Origin: Promethearchaeota archaeon
GTDB taxonomy: Archaea; Asgardarchaeota; Hermodarchaeia; Hermodarchaeales; Hermodarchaeaceae
Direction of reading: 5' to 3'
DNA: 64,000 bases
NCBI GenBank assembly: GCA_048939245.1
Contig: JBHLPR010000003.1
Coordinates: 17,895-81,894, forward strand
Both the position numbers and the translations under genes were made by a program. This document shows, piece by piece, positions 59,392-64,000 of the stretch (within the stretch, counting starts at the first letter, position 1; every line of letters starts with the position of its first letter). The notes beneath the pieces were generated by a model. That model saw nothing but the letters and a program-made list of their open reading frames with translations. It was not told the origin of the DNA and searched no databases.

Positions 59392-59594
59392 GACAAGTTG
59401 ACCCGTATCTCCGAATCGTGCTCTGCTGATTCGGGTTGGTCGGGTTAGCTAGGTGTTTCGTTCACTCTGCCTCATCTGAAGATTTCAGTTCATAATCGAA
59501 GTCTTCGCGCAGGTGAATTATCGTCGTTTCGTCTCAAATCCAATCATAGGAAATTATATGATCGAGACACGACGTGGAACACGTATCTCTTGTC
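59392..59594 (+). ncRNA. Candidate ~200-nt multi-branched structured RNA
   Basis: Nested stems cover almost the whole segment, with eight G-U pairs on the + strand (details in findings). Confidence 0.6.
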
Positions 59595-59637
59595 TGACTG
59601 TGAGACATTAACACAGGTTTTTAAATCTTGCTAATAA

Positions 59638-60570
59638 TTAGGCAGGTCCGCTAGGAAAGGGGAGCATTCCGAATAAGTCCTTATAACGACGGCGAAGCAT
59701 TTCAAGGGTCTCAACGGGGACTGGAACAGAACCTAACTCTGCTTTCTCTGGGCTCGGTCCGTGGTAATCGGAGCCTCCTGTGAGCGTCAAGTTATACCTT
59801 TTTGCCAGCGTCATGAGTTCAGCTAGTCTTGACTCGATGCTGGTATACCAGTCTGGAGCTTTGCCTGCTACCTGCTCATAAGGATAGTAGTATTCAAGGC
59901 CTTGAAGGCGGCTGTTGATAAGGTCGGTAATTAACACGTTGGGTTCCACATCAACGGTTAAAGGATGTGCGATGACCGGAACGCCTTTTGCGTGTAAAAT
60001 TGTCTCAATTCCCTGCTCGACGCTAGGTCGGGGGCGGTCAACATATGCAGGGCGACCATAGCCGAGATATTTGTCAAAAGCTTCTTCAATTGAATTCACG
60101 TGGTTATGGCGAAGGAGGACTCGGGCAAGATGTGGACGCCCGGAGGATTCCCCTTTTGCCTCGGCTTCAACTTCACGTTGATCTACTTCAATACCCAGTT
60201 CTCGGAGTTTGGCAATCATCTTAGGTAAGCGCTGTTCACGACCAACCCGCATCCATTCAAGGAGAGAACACAAATCAGCCTGTTGGGTGTCGAGGTAGAA
60301 ACCAAGAAGATGGACGTGCTTGTCTTGCCAATTGCAGCTAATTTCAACACCGGGTACAACCTCAATTCCAAGATTAGTGCCTGCACGTAATCCTTCTTCA
60401 ACACCCTGAATGGTGTCATGATCCGTAATGGCTACTCCGACTAATCCCAGGGCATGCGCTTTGCTAACCACCTGGGTCGGTGACTGGGTTCCATCCGACG
60501 CTGTCGTATGTGTATGCAAATCAACGAAGCGTTTCACCGTGACTCTTCTCCCAATGGTTACATCAGTCAA
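59638..60570 (-). CDS. PHP-domain phosphoesterase (TrpH/YciV-like)
   Basis: DLHTHT..SDG, ITDHD, GVEIS, GRPHLA, AHP, GGSDYHG. Confidence 0.93.
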   Translation of the reverse strand: MTDVTIGRRVTVKRFVDLHTHTTASDGTQSPTQVVSKAHALGLVGVAITDHDTIQGVEEGLRAGTNLGIEVVPGVEISCNWQDKHVHLLGFYLDTQQADLCSLLEWMRVGREQRLPKMIAKLRELGIEVDQREVEAEAKGESSGRPHLARVLLRHNHVNSIEEAFDKYLGYGRPAYVDRPRPSVEQGIETILHAKGVPVIAHPLTVDVEPNVLITDLINSRLQGLEYYYPYEQVAGKAPDWYTSIESRLAELMTLAKRYNLTLTGGSDYHGPSPEKAELGSVPVPVETLEMLRRRYKDLFGMLPFPSGPA

Positions 60571-61453
60571 TCACTAATTCGGGTAAAAGTTTTCGGATTA
60601 CTTTCAGGGATTCTAAGGCATCTGCTCGGTTCAACTCGAAAATGATGGGCCCATCAAAACCTCGATTCTCAAGAGTGGTCAAGAATTTAACAATAGGTAA
60701 ATCTCCTTTACCCAATGTTTTATGATCATAGTAGGGAAACCGCTTCCCCTCCACACGTTTGAGCGATCCATCGTGAAGATGAATTTCAAGTAACCTACTA
60801 TAATAACGGTCGATAAAATCGAGAACATCAGATGAACCTGACTGCCCAGAGAGTACATGCCCGGTGTCCAAACACACTGACGTATCCAGTCGTTCAGCAA
60901 TATTCCACGTGATTTCAAAGGGAAATTCAATAGATTCCAAGGCAAATTTCCGCGAGGGAACCTTCGTCCGTTGAATGAGTTCACGTATACTTTGTTCTGC
61001 CAGATTTCCCATAATCAACGAAATCATGGGCTGATCATCTCCCCCAATGTCAAATTCGCTGAATTCAGCGCCAATCCAGCCTGCATTATGGACTACGTAC
61101 ACCTCTGGATCAAGAGGTTCAGCACGCTGCACAGCCTCTACGAGGCAGGCAACTGATGCTTCTCGAATAAAGGGATTGGGGCTAGCTGGCTCAATCGACC
61201 ACAAGGGCAAATGGGCGGTATAGGTCAAATCTAGTTCTTCTTTCACTGCAAGTAAAGTCGAAATCTGCCTTTCGGAAAGCGCTTCAGGAAGCACATATCC
61301 AATATCAAGGGTAAGTTCCATTAAGGAGAATCCATGCTCATGAGTTAAGCGAGCAATCTCGGCGAAGTCAAATCTGTTTAAATCAAAGGATCCGCCTGCT
61401 GTGAATTGCCCGATCACTGTTGACCAGTCAAGGGCTGTAATTCCAAATCGCAT
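60563..61453 (-). CDS. Xylose-isomerase-like TIM-barrel protein (CbiR-like cobamide-remodelling phosphodiesterase candidate)
   Basis: YTAHLP, ALE, LDTGH, EIHLHD, DH..LG.G, IFE. Confidence 0.7.
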   Translation of the reverse strand: MRFGITALDWSTVIGQFTAGGSFDLNRFDFAEIARLTHEHGFSLMELTLDIGYVLPEALSERQISTLLAVKEELDLTYTAHLPLWSIEPASPNPFIREASVACLVEAVQRAEPLDPEVYVVHNAGWIGAEFSEFDIGGDDQPMISLIMGNLAEQSIRELIQRTKVPSRKFALESIEFPFEITWNIAERLDTSVCLDTGHVLSGQSGSSDVLDFIDRYYSRLLEIHLHDGSLKRVEGKRFPYYDHKTLGKGDLPIVKFLTTLENRGFDGPIIFELNRADALESLKVIRKLLPELVID

Positions 61454-61595
61454 ACCTTAAACCCCTTTGTATTTTCATGCATCTCTTTACTTCTATAAAG
61501 GTCGGGGTTATTCATGACCTTTTGCAAAGCAAACAAGTAAAAGGAACCTCTAACCGGTAAGAACCATTATCAAAGGTACTGGAGTAACGTGTAAG

Positions 61596-62360
61596 ATGTC
61601 TAAAATCGAATTGAAAAAAGAGAATCAAATAGCGGTTATTACAATCAACAATCCTCCGGCGAACACTTTGAACCAGGAAATGTTCACCAAACTCCGTGAC
61701 ATCCTCACAGACCTAGACCAAGATGACACCAAGGTCATTATTATCACCGGTGCCGGAGACCGATTCTTTATCGGTGGTGCTGATATCAAACAATTCCAAG
61801 GCCTAGACGCTAAGGGCGCTGAAAAGGCATCCCGAATGGGCCAGAAGTTCACACTCTTCTTAGAACAACATAGCAAAGTCCTCATCATGGCTATCAATGG
61901 GTTCTGTCTGGGTGGGGGCATGGAACTTTCTCAAGCCTGTGATTTCGTCATCGCTTCTGAAAATGCTCGCTTCGGACAAACCGAAATCAAACTCGGCATC
62001 ATCCCTGGATGGGGTGGCACGCAACGCCTCCAACGTTGGATGGCCCCCCAAAGAGCACGAGAACTTATACTCACCGGCGACATCGTTCCCGCCGCCGAAA
62101 TGGGCAACTTCGTCTACAAAGTTGTCCCGCCCGACCAATTAATACCAACCGCAATGTACTTAGCAAAACGAATTGCTGCCCGACCCCTTGTCGCCATCCA
62201 GCTCTCCAAAAAAGCTCTCAAACGTGCACTCTATATGCCCATTGAAGAAGGTCTCAGACTCGAAGCACGCTATTTTGGCGAAGTCTTCGAAACCGAAGAT
62301 GCCAAAGAAGGCGTCAAAGCCTTCTTCGAAAAACGCGACCCTAAAGTGGTGGATAAATAG
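61596..62360 (+). CDS. Enoyl-CoA hydratase
   Basis: FIGGADI, GGGME, EIKLGIIPGWGGTQRL. Confidence 0.93.
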   Translation: MSKIELKKENQIAVITINNPPANTLNQEMFTKLRDILTDLDQDDTKVIIITGAGDRFFIGGADIKQFQGLDAKGAEKASRMGQKFTLFLEQHSKVLIMAINGFCLGGGMELSQACDFVIASENARFGQTEIKLGIIPGWGGTQRLQRWMAPQRARELILTGDIVPAAEMGNFVYKVVPPDQLIPTAMYLAKRIAARPLVAIQLSKKALKRALYMPIEEGLRLEARYFGEVFETEDAKEGVKAFFEKRDPKVVDK

Positions 62361-62519
62361 GGTTTTCCTCAATGAACCCTTACCCCATTAGCTGAATTAC
62401 TGGTTCGCAGATTCCACAGTAAATGAAAAATTCATTCTCAACAGTCAAAACCATTAAAGCACTCTCTTTGGCTAGTGGTTACCGACTTAAGTCAAATCTC
62501 CATTAAGGAGTGATTTGGG

Positions 62520-64000
62520 ATGCGAAAAACACATCTAGCCTTAGGGCTTTTTCTAGTCTTCTTCTTACTCCAATTTACAGTTCCAACTATGGCTCTACCT
62601 GACACAAACTCTTCTATAGTTGGTGTTTCCCAGACAACACCTCTTGTTTCTATAGCTCCTCCTTATAATGATCTAATCGTTCTTCCTTCCGAAGGGGATG
62701 CACCTCCTATTCCTGATAATCCCTTCGGAACAGGACGAGAAACCCTCGTAGAGTGGTGGAACACTTCTTATGATTTCCGAAGGCAAATCACCATCGTTGA
62801 ACCAGACATCGCATCCCGCGTTATGGAACCTGTCCACGTCTATCTTACATTCTCCCCCAATACTGCACGAGAAAATATCATCGCAGTCGCCTATTGGGAC
62901 CCTGACACCTGGCATGAAATACCCTCTCAAATCTGGAATGTGTCACTAACAGGTAATTACTATGATTCATGTACCGTTTGCTTCTTGGTTAATATCAGTC
63001 AGAATCATCAAGAAGTCTTCTACATCTATTACGACGATGATCCAATAACGCCTCCATCTTACACGGATAATATCGAAGCTATTCCCGTTGATGGTCCTGC
63101 CACAGATGATACCGTCATGCCTTGGGTTTGGTCCGACGTTTCATCTACAAATTATACTGGAGTTGACACCATCTTCATCCGTTCCTCTGCAAGCCAGTAT
63201 GAGCATTCGGCAATTCTGCTTGTTGACACCCTCAGAAATGGATCAGATTGGGGAGGACCTTGTTGTGGTTTAATAACTGCCCGATATGGTGATGCTGATG
63301 CCTTCGATACGAGCAATGGTACATTGGCTGACCAATATATGCTCTTGGGCGAATTTGCCCTAGATCCCTATTTGCAAAATCCCGGAATGGACTCGGTAAC
63401 ACGTGCAAATGTTGCTCCAGATAATCCTGCAGAAGCTTGGGTAGATGGTGCGGGGGTTTGGATTCTCGATGATGGTCCTCTTTTCACGCGAATTAAAATA
63501 GTGACAAGTGACGGAGGATACGAAACTAGCTCTTCACCCTATCCCTCTGATCCCTATCAAGACTCGTACCCTAGATCATGGGGGAGCCATGGGTTTTTCA
63601 ATTATACAATCACTTACACCTTCTATTGGCATGGTGATAATTTATTTGTCAATGTGCTTCTTGATATCGAAGCCAATCCTCAAGAACCTGGACAGCAATG
63701 TGCGGTGAAAAATTATGGGGATTGGCCCCATATTATGACCTTCACGTGTGGAAATGGTAATCCAGGAACGATTGATGCACGACAAAATCGAAAGTCATGG
63801 TATGGTTCGAAATACGGGCTGTATAACGAAAGTGTTGATGGGCGCCGTCGAGATTTTCCTATCGAGCCGTGGATGGTTTGGTATGATAATGCAAGTGGAA
63901 GTGATCCTTCCGTAGGGCTAGTAGCCAAAGTTAATCCTGTGGGATGGGAAGTCCTCTCTCTTGCAGTCAACGGAATGGGAGATAACACGATGCTACAACA
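62520..64000 (+). CDS. Large secreted/surface protein with DUF2341-like N-terminal domain; truncated by right edge
   Basis: Manual translation: MRKTHLALGLFLVFFLLQF signal peptide, then WWNTSYDFRRQITI...EIPSQIWN...FYIYY. Absent from the ORF track, consistent with no stop in the window. Confidence 0.85.
   Translation, partial: MRKTHLALGLFLVFFLLQFTVPTMALPDTNSSIVGVSQTTPLVSIAPPYNDLIVLPSEGDAPPIPDNPFGTGRETLVEWWNTSYDFRRQITIVEPDIASRVMEPVHVYLTFSPNTARENIIAVAYWDPDTWHEIPSQIWNVSLTGNYYDSCTVCFLVNISQNHQEVFYIYYDDDPITPPSYTDNIEAIPVDGPATDDTVMPWVWSDVSSTNYTGVDTIFIRSSASQYEHSAILLVDTLRNGSDWGGPCCGLITARYGDADAFDTSNGTLADQYMLLGEFALDPYLQNPGMDSVTRANVAPDNPAEAWVDGAGVWILDDGPLFTRIKIVTSDGGYETSSSPYPSDPYQDSYPRSWGSHGFFNYTITYTFYWHGDNLFVNVLLDIEANPQEPGQQCAVKNYGDWPHIMTFTCGNGNPGTIDARQNRKSWYGSKYGLYNESVDGRRRDFPIEPWMVWYDNASGSDPSVGLVAKVNPVGWEVLSLAVNGMGDNTMLQ

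Noticed and set aside
59453-59480. Hammerhead ribozyme on the minus strand (CAGAUGAG...CGAAAC)
   Set aside because: The core needs CUGAUGA and a stem II; neither is present.
62673-63988. Short ORFs near the right end
   Set aside because: Shadows of the long + strand CDS starting at 62520.

Overview
Archaeal chromosomal DNA, most likely from an Asgard archaeon. This is inferred from eL33, a GGPP synthase, a Rab-like GTPase, a roadblock protein, a V4R protein and three gelsolin-like proteins. Most of the window is housekeeping and catabolic genes: class III RNR with NrdH, a GTPBP1-like GTPase, M42/M24/M29 peptidases, DeoC plus AOR, MetRS, agmatinase, HMG-CoA reductase, a LarA-family enzyme with an FGGY kinase, Sir2, TldD/PmbA, beta-oxidation enzymes and two beta-CASP RNases. 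Two CDS missing from the ORF track run off the window edges (nrdD at left, a large secreted protein at right). The most unusual signals are: (1) three paralogous gelsolin-domain + linker + unknown-domain genes within 5 kb; (2) three highly structured intergenic RNA candidates (59392-59594, 26041-26155, 2403-2530); (3) a decayed ~7 kb island at the metG 3' end, with degenerate metG-end copies, a palindromic repeat, a possible integrase remnant and damaged membrane-protein cassettes; (4) odd fusions or variants (H1-like repeat tail on eL33, 4-Cys tail on DeoC, Cys-less thiolase with DUF35). No tRNA, rRNA or CRISPR array was seen. All family calls come from recognising motifs by eye, not from database searches.
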